Part shown: in pieces, positions 45,547 through 55,258 of the stretch
Position numbering within the stretch: the stretch's first letter is position 1
Layout of the letters: each line of letters begins with the position of its first letter
Origin: an uncultured Gammaproteobacteria bacterium
GTDB lineage: Bacteria > Patescibacteriota > Patescibacteriia > CAIXNZ01
DNA length: 64,000 bases
NCBI GenBank assembly: GCA_964590345.1
Contig: CAZPVP010000003.1
Coordinates: 3,634-67,633, forward strand
Reading direction: 5' to 3'
Notes under the pieces: model-generated
The model's database searches: none
The model's input: the letters and a program-made list of their open reading frames with translations, nothing else
Told to the model about the DNA's origin: nothing
Made by a program: the position numbers and the translations under genes

Positions 45547-46986
45547 ATGCCAACTGATGAGAAAAAAAATCGTTTAGCTAAGTTAGAAAAAATCAAAGAA
45601 GAGGGTATAAATCCTTATCCGCCAAAATTTGATAAAAAAAATTTACTTAAGCAAGCTCTTGAAGCAAAAACAGGCACAAAAGTAAAAACAGCCGGCCGTT
45701 TAATGACCAAGAGGGAAATGGGTAAGATTTGTTTTGCCCATTTAATGGATGAATCGGCAAAAATGCAGATTGTTTTGCAGCAAGACAAGATAGGAAAAGA
45801 AGAATTTAAATTTTTTTCTAAAAATATTGATATAGGCGATTTTATTGGACTTGAAGGGGATGTTTTTAAAACTAAAAAAGGTGAAATATCAATTTTAGTT
45901 AAAAAATATAAACTGTTGGCCAAAGCGCTTTTGCCTTTGCCGGAAAAATGGCATGGTTTGGCTGATGAAGAATTAAGATTAAGAAAAAGATATTTGGATT
46001 TTATAACCCATCCAAAATTAAAAGAAATGTTTTATCGCAAGGCTACGTTTTGGCAGTCAACCAGAAATTTTTTGAAAAAAGCCGGATTTTTAGAAGTGGA
46101 AACTCCTGTTTTGGAAACGACTACTGGCGGTGCTGATGCTCAGCCTTTTGTAACTCATCATAATGCCTTGGATATTGATTTATATTTAAGAATTTCTATG
46201 GGGGAACTATGGCAAAAAAGATTAATGGTGGCTGGTTTTGAAAAGACTTTTGAGATTGGCCGGCAGTTTAGGAATGAAGGTTTAAGCAGAGAACACTTGC
46301 AAGATTATTCACAGATGGAATGTTATTGGGCTTATGCCGATTACAATGAAATGATGAGTTTTGTAGAAAAAATGTATAAATATATTATTAAGGAAACTTA
46401 TGGCAAATTAAGATTTAAAATCGGCGGGTTTGCTGTTGATCTTACAAAAAAATGGCAAAAGATTGATTATGTGGAAATAATTAAAAAAGAACTTAAAATT
46501 GATGTCACAGTAGCTTCTAAAGAAGAAATAATTAAAAAATTAAACGCACTTAAAGCTGATTTTGATTCAAAAGCAGTTAAAGCTCGCTTAATTGATATTT
46601 TATGGAAACAATTAAGAAAAAAGATTGCCGGACCCGCGTTTTTAATAAATCATCCGGTTGAAGTTTCGCCTTTAGCCAAGAGAGATCCGGATGATCCGGA
46701 CAAAGTTCAGCGTTTTCAAATTATTTTAGCTGGTTCGGAAATGGGCAATGGCTATTCTGAATTGAATGATCCGATTGATCAGGAAAAAAGATTTAAAGAG
46801 CAAGCAAAAATGCGCGACGCAGGCGATTTGGAGGCGCAAATGTATGATAAGGAATTTATTGAGGCTTTAGAGTACGGTATGCCGCCCACAGCTGGTTTTG
46901 GCTTCTCAGAACGCTTGTTTTCGTTTTTAGAAAATAAAACCATGCGCGAATGCCAATTTTTTCCTTTAATGAGGCCAGAGAAATAA
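45547..46986 (+). CDS. lysS: lysyl-tRNA synthetase (class II)
   Basis: FLEVETPVL, class II motifs 2 and 3 (FRNEG, GLGIDR-like region), OB-fold N-terminus. Confidence 0.95.
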   Translation: MPTDEKKNRLAKLEKIKEEGINPYPPKFDKKNLLKQALEAKTGTKVKTAGRLMTKREMGKICFAHLMDESAKMQIVLQQDKIGKEEFKFFSKNIDIGDFIGLEGDVFKTKKGEISILVKKYKLLAKALLPLPEKWHGLADEELRLRKRYLDFITHPKLKEMFYRKATFWQSTRNFLKKAGFLEVETPVLETTTGGADAQPFVTHHNALDIDLYLRISMGELWQKRLMVAGFEKTFEIGRQFRNEGLSREHLQDYSQMECYWAYADYNEMMSFVEKMYKYIIKETYGKLRFKIGGFAVDLTKKWQKIDYVEIIKKELKIDVTVASKEEIIKKLNALKADFDSKAVKARLIDILWKQLRKKIAGPAFLINHPVEVSPLAKRDPDDPDKVQRFQIILAGSEMGNGYSELNDPIDQEKRFKEQAKMRDAGDLEAQMYDKEFIEALEYGMPPTAGFGFSERLFSFLENKTMRECQFFPLMRPEK

Positions 46987-46990
46987 ATTT

Positions 46991-47929
46991 ATGAGAGAAA
47001 AATTATCTTACGAAAAACCAAAAGTTGAAAAAATTGAAAAAAAAGATTATGTTTTTGATGAATTTCACAAAGCAGATTTTAAAATTGAAGAATTCCCGGA
47101 AATTTTTGAGCGAGCTGTAGAGCTTGCCAATATGCCTGATTCGCACTTTGATGACGGTGTAAAAATGTCTCAAATTATTGAGACTTTATGGCAAGATATT
47201 AAAAAGGAAGGAGAAATTAATTTTACGATTGAGGAATTAAAATTAGCTTGTTTATTTCATGATATTGGCAAATCTGGCCCTCCTGAAGCAAGCAGAGGAG
47301 AAAGATTTACGATGGAACAGATTTTTAACCCGGTTTATTTTAATGTCAATCGGCCGGAATTTAAAGGCAAAAATCCTAAAGAGTTATCAATTTCCGAAGC
47401 TTTGGATATTGAGGATTTTCCCAACAAAGAAACAATTGAAGAATATTTGAAAACTTTAACTTTGCACGTTTTTGATGAAAAGAATAAAAAAATCAAAGAA
47501 GAAAAATTAGATTTAGAAAAGCATTCAATGATTGATCTTTGGCGGGAACATGATTATTGGACTTATCAATTGTTGCAAAAATATGGCGATGATAAAATTT
47601 CTCGCGATTTAATAGTTGTTTCAAGTTCTCATCATACTTTGGAAGGCCATGACCCGGCCATGATTGACGGCGAAATACCTAATGAGGCAGTAACTTTAGA
47701 AATTTTGGATAAATATTTAATTTTGACTTTGGTTGATAAATATCAGGCGTTTACAGACCGGACTGGCAAAGATCATGAGGAAACCATAAAAATTTTAGAA
47801 AATATGATAAATGCAAGCAAAAAAGAGGGGATTATTAATCATGATGATACTGTTTTTAATCAGTTTATAAAATATTTAAAAATTTTAGAAAAACATCCGG
47901 AAATGGCAGAGATTATTAAAAAGAAATAA
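46991..47929 (+). CDS. HD-domain phosphohydrolase
   Basis: LFHDIGK motif (the H..HD..K HD-domain signature). Confidence 0.6.
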   Translation: MREKLSYEKPKVEKIEKKDYVFDEFHKADFKIEEFPEIFERAVELANMPDSHFDDGVKMSQIIETLWQDIKKEGEINFTIEELKLACLFHDIGKSGPPEASRGERFTMEQIFNPVYFNVNRPEFKGKNPKELSISEALDIEDFPNKETIEEYLKTLTLHVFDEKNKKIKEEKLDLEKHSMIDLWREHDYWTYQLLQKYGDDKISRDLIVVSSSHHTLEGHDPAMIDGEIPNEAVTLEILDKYLILTLVDKYQAFTDRTGKDHEETIKILENMINASKKEGIINHDDTVFNQFIKYLKILEKHPEMAEIIKKK

Positions 47930-47944
47930 GTTTTTAAAAATAGA

Positions 47945-47971
47945 AAAAGAGGGGAGTAAGCCCCTCTTTTT
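47945..47971. terminator. bidirectional terminator AAAAAGAGGGGagtaagCCCCTCTTTTT between convergent genes
   Basis: Read directly. Confidence 0.6.
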
Positions 47972-47987
47972 ATGGTTGCTTAAAAAG

Positions 47988-49436
47988 CTACATTTGACCC
48001 GTCCAGCAATAAGTGCAGACCCTTTCTGGCGGCAGGCCAATAGCTTTAATATTATGAGCAGTTGTCAGGTAAATTATCCTTTTGACAACTTCCCAGTCAG
48101 ATTCCTTATTGACATCGCGCCTTATCCATTCAATCATTGCTTTGAATTTTTCTGTTCTTGGATCAAGATAAGGGGTAATGTCAATTTCTTCAATTTTTTT
48201 GCCTTCAATCCCTACCATAGCTTTTCTGGCTGCTAATTCTTCCAATCTTCTAGTTGATTCTTCAAATGGGCAGATTTCAATTAAAGGCGCACAAGCTAAA
48301 GCCAGGGTTAGGTCTGATGGACGGCAACGTCCGATTTTTTTTATTAGCCAAAATAGTTGAGTATTTCGTACCAGAGAATCGTCAATGAGCAGAATTTTTT
48401 TGCCGGCTATAACTGCTCTGATAGTGTTGATTTTGTGAAAAGCCGCGTAGTTTCGTTGACGCTGACTTCCATACATGAAACTACGAATACTGCGTTTTTT
48501 TCTTAGAGGTCTTTTTAAAGGTAAGCCTGAAGCACAAGCTGCCCCATGAGCATGGCCTAATCCTGAATCTGGAACCCCGGCGATAAAGTCAATTTCCAAA
48601 CCCATGGGTTCAAAGATGTCCCAAATGGCAGCACCGCTTCTGTCACGGGTATCTTCAACGCAGATATTTTCAATAATTGCTTCAGGATAAGCAGTATATA
48701 CGTATAAAAAACCGCATATTTTGCTATTATCATGCCCCGGTACAAGCGTTTTTGGCCCGTTACCGTCAATGAAAACAATTTCGCCGGCTTTGAGTTCTCT
48801 TTCTCTTTCATATTCAAGATTATCTAGGCCTGTTGTTTCAGTAACAACTGCATAGGTACTATTTTTTTGACTAATTGATAAGCTGAACGTTCCGCGTGGA
48901 TCTCTGGCTGCAAAAATACCATCAGCGGTTAAGAGTAGCATATTAAGTGAGCCATGCCCCTTAATTTTCTCCCAAACTGCTTTTATGCCATCCACCAGAT
49001 CTTTGCCTGTGCTGATTATTTCACCTGCGATTTCGGCTTTGTTATAGTGCCAGTTTTCTTTTTTTTCATCCCATGTTTTTTCCTGAAAATTATGGCCTTG
49101 ATCTTTTAATTCGTCACCAATTTGCTGTAAATTAAAAAAATTTCCTTGAACAGCAATACTGAAGCTGCCAATTCTGGTGTCAAATTTTAAAGGCTGAACA
49201 TCGGCGGAACTGGCAACTCCAATTCCGATATTGCCGGGAAGTCTGTCTAATTCCTTGGCAAATCTTGGCAAAAAAGGAATTTCACTTATGGCGTGAATTT
49301 CTTTATAGAGGCCATTGCCCTGACGAGTGAAAATTCCGCCAATAGCTTGTCCTAGATGTTCATGATCGCTTAATAGATTGTAGAGATCTTCTATGCAAGG
49401 TTCTTTTACTGAAAAGACTCCTGACAAACCGCTCAT
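47988..49436 (-). CDS. amidophosphoribosyltransferase (PurF)-like protein with Ntn glutaminase domain and PRT domain; catalytic Cys1 replaced by Ser (MSGLSG)
   Basis: N-terminus MSGLSGVFS parallels PurF MCGIVGI. GNIGIG. PRT motif ILLIDDSLVRNT. C-terminal Cys cluster CTYCW. Good SD (GGAGGG) 6 nt before the ATG. Codon 2 is AGC (Ser). Confidence 0.75.
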   Translation of the reverse strand: MSGLSGVFSVKEPCIEDLYNLLSDHEHLGQAIGGIFTRQGNGLYKEIHAISEIPFLPRFAKELDRLPGNIGIGVASSADVQPLKFDTRIGSFSIAVQGNFFNLQQIGDELKDQGHNFQEKTWDEKKENWHYNKAEIAGEIISTGKDLVDGIKAVWEKIKGHGSLNMLLLTADGIFAARDPRGTFSLSISQKNSTYAVVTETTGLDNLEYERERELKAGEIVFIDGNGPKTLVPGHDNSKICGFLYVYTAYPEAIIENICVEDTRDRSGAAIWDIFEPMGLEIDFIAGVPDSGLGHAHGAACASGLPLKRPLRKKRSIRSFMYGSQRQRNYAAFHKINTIRAVIAGKKILLIDDSLVRNTQLFWLIKKIGRCRPSDLTLALACAPLIEICPFEESTRRLEELAARKAMVGIEGKKIEEIDITPYLDPRTEKFKAMIEWIRRDVNKESDWEVVKRIIYLTTAHNIKAIGLPPERVCTYCWTGQM

Positions 49437-49626
49437 TTTTTCCCTCCTCTGTTTTTAGAATTTTTAATGAACCAATTTAATATTTTCAGCTTACAAAATC
49501 TTGGCAAAATTGTCAATTTTTGCTAAACTTTATTTATAGATTTAAGAGGTAAGATTTAAGATGTAAGTAAAAATGAGTTAAAAATAGCTTAAATCTTAGT
49601 CCTTAAACCTTAAATTTATTAAAAAT

Positions 49627-50931
49627 ATGCTAGACATAAATTTTATTAAAGAAAATTTAAAAGAGTTAAAAAAAGTGACCAAAGATAAAGGCATAGAGCT
49701 TGATTATGATAAATTGCTAAAATTAGATGAAAAACGTCGTAATTTAATTCAGCAAACAGACAAAATACGGCAACAAAGAAATGAGAATGCAGATTTGCTT
49801 AAAGATCCAAAAAAGCGCACTGATAAATTAATAAAAGAGGGGAAAGTATTAAAAGATAAGTTAGTTGCTTTAGAAAGTGATTATAATAAAGTTAAAGCTG
49901 AATATGATTTGCTTATGTTAAAAGTGCCTAATCTTATTTCTGAAGATACGCCCATAGGCAAAGATGAAAAAGATAATAAGGTTATAGACAAATGGGGTAA
50001 AATACCCAAATTTAATTTTAAGATCAAAGATCATATAGAATTAGGCAAGGATTTGGATTTAATAGACATTGATAGGGGAGTTAAGGTTTCTGGTTTTCGC
50101 GGTTATTTTTTGAAAAATGAAGGTGCCCAGATACAACTGGCGATTTTGATGCATGTTTTTAATAAATTAATCGCTAAAGGCTTTATACCCTTTATTCCGC
50201 CGACTTTGGTTCGAGAAGCGGCCTTAATTGGCAGCGGCCATTTTCCTGAAGGTAAAGAAGAGATTTATCAGATTGCTAATCCTGGCAAATTAGAAAGCGG
50301 GGAAATAAGAAAGGAGCCATTATTTTTAGCTGGCACGTCAGAACCTTCTTTATTGGCCTATCATGCCAATGAAACATTGTCTGAAGAGGATTTACCTTTA
50401 AAATTTTGCGGTTTTTCACCATGTTATCGCAGTGAAATTGGCAGTTACGGCAAAGATACTAAGGGCTTATATCGAGTTCATGAATTTATGAAAGTTGAGC
50501 AAGTTATTGTTTGTCAAGCTGATCTTAAAGAAGGTTTAAAATGGTTTGAAGAATTAAGAAAAATTTCAGAAGAAATTTTACAGGAATTAAAATTACCTTA
50601 TCAAGTTTCATTAATGTGTACCGGTGATATGGGTGCTGGCAAATATAAAATGTATGATTTTGAAACCTGGATGCCCAGCAGAAATAATTATTGTGAAACT
50701 CATTCCAACTCAATTTTAACTGACTGGCAGTCCAGAAGATTAAATTTAAAATATAAGGATAAAAAGGGTGTAACAAAATATGTTTATACTTTAAACAATA
50801 CGGCCATTGCTTTGCCAAGAATTTTAATAGCTTTGTGGGAGAATTGTCAAAATAAAGACGGTTCAATTACTATTCCGGAAGTTTTGCGGCTTTATTTAGG
50901 CAATCAAGATAAAATTATTGCTAAAAAATAA
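49627..50931 (+). CDS. serS: seryl-tRNA synthetase
   Basis: N-terminal coiled-coil arm MLDINFIKENL, class II motifs (FRGYFL, GSGHFPEG..., TLNNTAIALPR). Confidence 0.95.
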   Translation: MLDINFIKENLKELKKVTKDKGIELDYDKLLKLDEKRRNLIQQTDKIRQQRNENADLLKDPKKRTDKLIKEGKVLKDKLVALESDYNKVKAEYDLLMLKVPNLISEDTPIGKDEKDNKVIDKWGKIPKFNFKIKDHIELGKDLDLIDIDRGVKVSGFRGYFLKNEGAQIQLAILMHVFNKLIAKGFIPFIPPTLVREAALIGSGHFPEGKEEIYQIANPGKLESGEIRKEPLFLAGTSEPSLLAYHANETLSEEDLPLKFCGFSPCYRSEIGSYGKDTKGLYRVHEFMKVEQVIVCQADLKEGLKWFEELRKISEEILQELKLPYQVSLMCTGDMGAGKYKMYDFETWMPSRNNYCETHSNSILTDWQSRRLNLKYKDKKGVTKYVYTLNNTAIALPRILIALWENCQNKDGSITIPEVLRLYLGNQDKIIAKK

Positions 50932-50958
50932 GATGGAGCAGGGGAGAGCGAGTAAATT

Positions 50959-51900
50959 TTGTATTCATATAAAAAATTCTTTAAAATGTTTTTTAAGAAA
51001 AAAAGAAAAGCTATTTTGGGCTCTAAAAAATACAAAATAGAGCGCCAAGCTGTTCGTTATCGTAATCCTTTGCGTTTAAAGAAGGGTTTATTTCAATTTA
51101 AACTTTTTCGCATTATAAATTTAATTTTATTTATAGGTATTTTTGCTTGCCTATATTTTTTTATTTTTTCTGATTTTTATAATATTACTAATATTGAAGT
51201 TTTTGGCAATCAAATAATTTCCAGCGATGATATTTTAGATATCACTAATGATTATTTGGCCAAAAATAAATTATTGGTTTTTAAAAATAAAAACATTTTT
51301 TTGTTTGATCGTAATGATTTGAAGGAAAAGATAAATGAAGTTATAATTTTACAGGATCTAAAGGTTGAAAAAATCTTGCCTAATACAATAAGAATAACAC
51401 TTAAAGAAAAAGATTCGGCCTTGAAATGGCTAACCAGTAATCAAGAATATTTAGTTGACAAAGAAGGTTTAATTATAAAAAGATATTATAAATTTATCAC
51501 GCCTAAAATTTTTAGTTTAATTGAAATTGAAAAAGCAAGCGCAAAAAAAAGCGATTCTAATCTTTTGCAGATTATAAATTTGGCTAATCAGGAAATTAAT
51601 TTGGGTGACAGGGTTTTGAATCCAGAAGATGTTGAATTTATTTTAAATTTGATACCAAAATTAAAAGAAAAAGATTACTCAAAAATAAAAACTGTTTCAG
51701 TGCCTAATAATTTTCCTCAATATTTGATCGTTGAATTTGAGCCTGGCTGGCTGATACATTTTAATTTGGCTGATTCAATTGAAAGTCAGTTGAATCGCTT
51801 GGATGCTTTGATTAATCAAAAGATTGAAAAAAGCAATTTGCCATATCTTGATTATATTGATTTAAGATTAGGGGAGAGTGTTTATTATAAAATGAAATAA
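50959..51900 (+). CDS. FtsQ/DivIB-like cell division protein (TM plus POTRA)
   Basis: N-terminal TM, POTRA-like NITNIEVFGNQIISSDDIL...VEKILPNTIRITLKEK. Confidence 0.55.
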   Translation: MYSYKKFFKMFFKKKRKAILGSKKYKIERQAVRYRNPLRLKKGLFQFKLFRIINLILFIGIFACLYFFIFSDFYNITNIEVFGNQIISSDDILDITNDYLAKNKLLVFKNKNIFLFDRNDLKEKINEVIILQDLKVEKILPNTIRITLKEKDSALKWLTSNQEYLVDKEGLIIKRYYKFITPKIFSLIEIEKASAKKSDSNLLQIINLANQEINLGDRVLNPEDVEFILNLIPKLKEKDYSKIKTVSVPNNFPQYLIVEFEPGWLIHFNLADSIESQLNRLDALINQKIEKSNLPYLDYIDLRLGESVYYKMK

Positions 51901-51949
51901 ATTTAGCTGCTTGTGAGCGATTGAATAAAAAAAAGACCCTCAACTATAA

Positions 51950-52090
51950 TTAGTAGGTTGAGGGGATTTTTAAAAATCTTATTAACCTGGCGGTATAATC
52001 CCAGGTTTTGCATATGGGACATTGAACTTTTTTATCATTTTCAATGTAGTTCATTTTTTTGCCACACATTGGGCATTTGATTGTAGGCAT
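51950..52090 (-). CDS. small zinc-ribbon protein (46 aa; CPMCG...CPIC), not in the ORF track
   Basis: ATG preceded by a GGAGG SD. Two CxxC pairs. The 3' end runs into a bidirectional terminator hairpin (CCCTCAAC...GTTGAGGG). Confidence 0.4.
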   Translation of the reverse strand: MPTIKCPMCGKKMNYIENDKKVQCPICKTWDYTARLIRFLKIPSTY

Positions 52091-52363
52091 TATAACTAAC
52101 CTCCTTTTTTAATATTATAGTATATCATATTATTTTAATTTTGTCAAGTATTTGAGTATAAAAGTAATAAAAATTAGCTAATTTTAGCCATTTTTTGCAG
52201 TTTATGTGTTATTTTTAGCAAAAGCGAGTAAAAATAAATGATTAAGTAAAGAGGATATTGAGCATTTTAAGATATAAATTAAAATAAAAGAGTATTTTTT
52301 TTAAAAAAAAATATTTGTAAATAAAGATAATTAGAAATTTTTTAAATTGGGGATAAATATATT

Positions 52364-52392
52364 GACACAAAGATCAGCACGGGGTATCATAT
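52364..52392 (+). promoter_or_regulatory. sigma70-like promoter TTGACA-17-TATCAT upstream of the recombinase gene
   Basis: Read directly. Confidence 0.4.
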
Positions 52393-52449
52393 ACATAACT
52401 TCGCATAATATACCTTAAACGAATTAATGTACTGATAATATATAAATAT

Positions 52450-53424
52450 ATGAAAAAAACAACAATACCTTTAAATGCTTATATTTCTGAATATTTAGAA
52501 TATTTAGAAATTGAAAAAGGTTTAGCTCAATTAAGTGTAAAAAATTATGATCGTTTTTTAAATAAATTTAAAAATTGGCTTAATTCTAATTATAAAGATA
52601 TAAAACCCTATCAATTGACTGCTGATATGGTTTCAAAATACAGGCTTTATTTAGCTTATTCAAAAGCTAATGCTAAGACTCAGGAAAATCTTAAAAAAAA
52701 TACGCAAAATTATTATTTAATAGCTTTAAGAAGTTTTTTGGGATTTTTAATTGAAAAAGACATAGAAACATTGCCGCCTGATAAAATAAAACTTGCTAAG
52801 TCAAGTGAAAAAGATAGAGTCGTAAAATTTTTAAAATTACAGGAGTTAGAACGACTTTTTTTAAGCCCAAATATTAAAAAATTGCCGGGCTTACGAGATC
52901 GGGCTATTATGGAGACCCTTTACAGCACTGGCCTTCGTATTGCTGAATTAGTTGCTTTAAATCGCGAGCAGTTTAATTTGAGCTTAATTAAAAATTTGGA
53001 TTCTTATGAATTAACAATTATCGGTAAAGGTAATCATCCTCGAACTGTTTATTTTTCCAAAAGATGTTTAGATTGGATAACCAGGTATTTAGAAAAACGT
53101 AAAGATATGGAAGCGCCATTATTTGTGAATCATCGTAAAATTAAAGACACAAAGGCAGAGAGAAGATTGACTCCCCGTTCAATTCAAAATATTTTAAAAA
53201 AATACAGCAAAATTGCTGGTTTACCGATAATGGCTACTCCTCATACTTTAAGGCATACTTATGCTACTGACCTTTTAAATCAGGGTGTTGACTTAAGGAC
53301 AGTCCAGGAGTTTTTAGGCCATAAGAATATTGCTACCACTCAAATATATACCCATGTAACTAATAAACGATTGAAAGATATTCATAAAAAATTTCATAGT
53401 GGTTCTAATCTTAAAAATGAATAA
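52450..53424 (+). CDS. tyrosine site-specific recombinase, XerC/XerD family
   Basis: C-terminal catalytic region TPHTLRHTYATDLL...LGHKNIATTQIYTHV (R..H..R..Y). Confidence 0.85.
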   Translation: MKKTTIPLNAYISEYLEYLEIEKGLAQLSVKNYDRFLNKFKNWLNSNYKDIKPYQLTADMVSKYRLYLAYSKANAKTQENLKKNTQNYYLIALRSFLGFLIEKDIETLPPDKIKLAKSSEKDRVVKFLKLQELERLFLSPNIKKLPGLRDRAIMETLYSTGLRIAELVALNREQFNLSLIKNLDSYELTIIGKGNHPRTVYFSKRCLDWITRYLEKRKDMEAPLFVNHRKIKDTKAERRLTPRSIQNILKKYSKIAGLPIMATPHTLRHTYATDLLNQGVDLRTVQEFLGHKNIATTQIYTHVTNKRLKDIHKKFHSGSNLKNE

Positions 53425-53427
53425 TCC

Positions 53428-53673
53428 ATGCTTCGAAATTTAATTGATATTTTTTACTCAAATTTTCGTCTTAGCAATCGTTACCCTGACATTACTTCTG
53501 ATGATGAGCAAATAATTATTGAATGCGGAGATACTGATCCTAATAAAATTATTGAGCATTTTGATTTAGGTGTCGCAAAAATTTTAATATTACCCTGTCC
53601 CAATATTGAATCTAAAAATTTTAGAGATAATCATTATAAAGAAAAAATTAAAAAAATAATAAAAAAGAGGTAG
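53428..53673 (+). CDS. hypothetical small protein (81 aa)
   Basis: ORF followed by terminator hairpin AAAAAAGAGGtagaaatacCCTCTTTTTT (53661-53689). Confidence 0.35.
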   Translation: MLRNLIDIFYSNFRLSNRYPDITSDDEQIIIECGDTDPNKIIEHFDLGVAKILILPCPNIESKNFRDNHYKEKIKKIIKKR

Positions 53674-53701
53674 AAATACCCTCTTTTTTGCATATTATTG
53701 A

Positions 53702-54109
53702 TTATTGCCTAAAATACTCCCCTAATTCCTTGTCTTTTTTAAATTTGGCTATATTTTTATTAACTCGCTTATAAAAGGCCGGATAATGGCTTCTGATGAT
53801 CCAGCGGCCTTTATAACGCTGTTTATATGGCTTTTTTTGATGATGGGCTACTTCATGGGCTAAAATGCGCAAAATTGAGTTAATGCTCTTTGGCTGCCTT
53901 CTTTTAGGCGTAAAAATATCAAGCGCAATTACCTTTGTTTTTAAATTTGTATAACCTACTGAATAATTTTTAGCAGTATTTATTGGTGCCTGCCTGTTCA
54001 TAACTTTAAAACTAAAGCCTGTAATTTTTAAACATTTACAGGCCTTGGCAAATATATTTTCAATTTTTTTTTGATGTAAATTGCTCATGTGTCGTAAAAT
54101 AAATAGCAA
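53702..54109 (-). CDS. YgjP/DUF45-like HExxH zinc metallohydrolase (short)
   Basis: ILAHEVAHH motif followed by SHYPAFYKRV, resembling the DUF45/WLM-type metal-binding region. Confidence 0.4.
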   Translation of the reverse strand: MLFILRHMSNLHQKKIENIFAKACKCLKITGFSFKVMNRQAPINTAKNYSVGYTNLKTKVIALDIFTPKRRQPKSINSILRILAHEVAHHQKKPYKQRYKGRWIIRSHYPAFYKRVNKNIAKFKKDKELGEYFRQ

Positions 54110-54124
54110 AGTGTGTTTTTCTGT

Positions 54125-55258
54125 TTATTGTATTCTTCTTATGCATTTAGGCTTACCACTAGCTGTCCAATTATGTCCAGAAAAATTAGTTACTCTTATA
54201 GCATTCCCCGGTGACCTACCAGAATGACCGCCATGACTTTCAAAAAGTTTCCCCCCACCAGCATAAATGTAAACATGTCCTATGCCATGTCCACAGCCAG
54301 TTGGGTAACCAACAACATCGCCTGCTTTTAATCCAATACCATTAACAGAGGTTGCTCCAAAATTCTCAATTCTTTCGCTATTACTGCAATTACAACCAAA
54401 AATACTAGTGGTACCACCGCCATAAGAGCTTATACCGGCGCATCTTAAAACAAAATTAATATAACCCGAACAATCTAAGCAAACAGTTCCGCTTGGGCAG
54501 AAATTATTATATTGCATATATTGTGATCTTATTTCGCTATATGGAGGTGGGCCGCCTTTGCCGCCGAATCTATAAGTGACTTTTCCGACGGTAGCTCTTG
54601 TAATTTGTTCCATAACGGAAGCCCCTCCATTTTTAGGGCAAAAGATAGCGCCAGGGACATATCTTTCCCAATTACCAAAAAGAGGTGCATCTATATCTGG
54701 TGATTCAATCTCCTCAACATAAGCAACTTGAGGCGTTTCTAATTGAGTCAAGCCAATAAAAGATAATATTATATAACTAAGCACACCAATAATTAGACCA
54801 ATGAAAGCAGAAGAAATGTATTTTTTGGCGGTTTTAATTTGGGCTACATTACCGCCAGCTAAAATCCATTTAACTCCTCCAAAAATAACCATTACGATTG
54901 CAATTGGCACTAATATATATAAGGCGTATTTATAAATATTTTTAATATAGTCCGCAATATTAACAGCCTTTTCGTATTTAAAAATTGGCACTTGTAGGTC
55001 AAGATCGATTTGGGCGCCGTATTTATGGCAGCATTTGCCAACATCACAAACTGCTTCAGAATCTAAAAATTCGCCTTCAGGGCATTCTTCAGTTTCAACA
55101 CAATGGCCATCATCAGGATATTTGTCTTCGCAGCTTAGTTGCTCTATTACATCATCGGTCGCATTGGCAAGATTAACTAAAAGAAAAGAAAGACTTATAA
55201 ATAACAGAATTAAGCTTAATTTAATTAAAAAGTTGAAGGTTATTTTTTTGTCTTTCAT
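54125..55258 (-). CDS. NlpC/P60-family cell-wall hydrolase with an N-terminal signal peptide, a Cys-rich module and a VirB2/TrbC-like two-helix hydrophobic hairpin
   Basis: Catalytic Cys context LDCSGYINFVL and His GHVYIYAGGGKLFESHGG. Cys-rich CEDKYPDDGHCVETEECPEGEF..CDVGKCC. Hydrophobic hairpin ALYILVPIAIVMVIFGGVKWILAGGNVAQIKTAKKYISSAFIGLIIGVLSYIIL. Confidence 0.6.
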   Translation of the reverse strand: MKDKKITFNFLIKLSLILLFISLSFLLVNLANATDDVIEQLSCEDKYPDDGHCVETEECPEGEFLDSEAVCDVGKCCHKYGAQIDLDLQVPIFKYEKAVNIADYIKNIYKYALYILVPIAIVMVIFGGVKWILAGGNVAQIKTAKKYISSAFIGLIIGVLSYIILSFIGLTQLETPQVAYVEEIESPDIDAPLFGNWERYVPGAIFCPKNGGASVMEQITRATVGKVTYRFGGKGGPPPYSEIRSQYMQYNNFCPSGTVCLDCSGYINFVLRCAGISSYGGGTTSIFGCNCSNSERIENFGATSVNGIGLKAGDVVGYPTGCGHGIGHVYIYAGGGKLFESHGGHSGRSPGNAIRVTNFSGHNWTASGKPKCIRRIQ

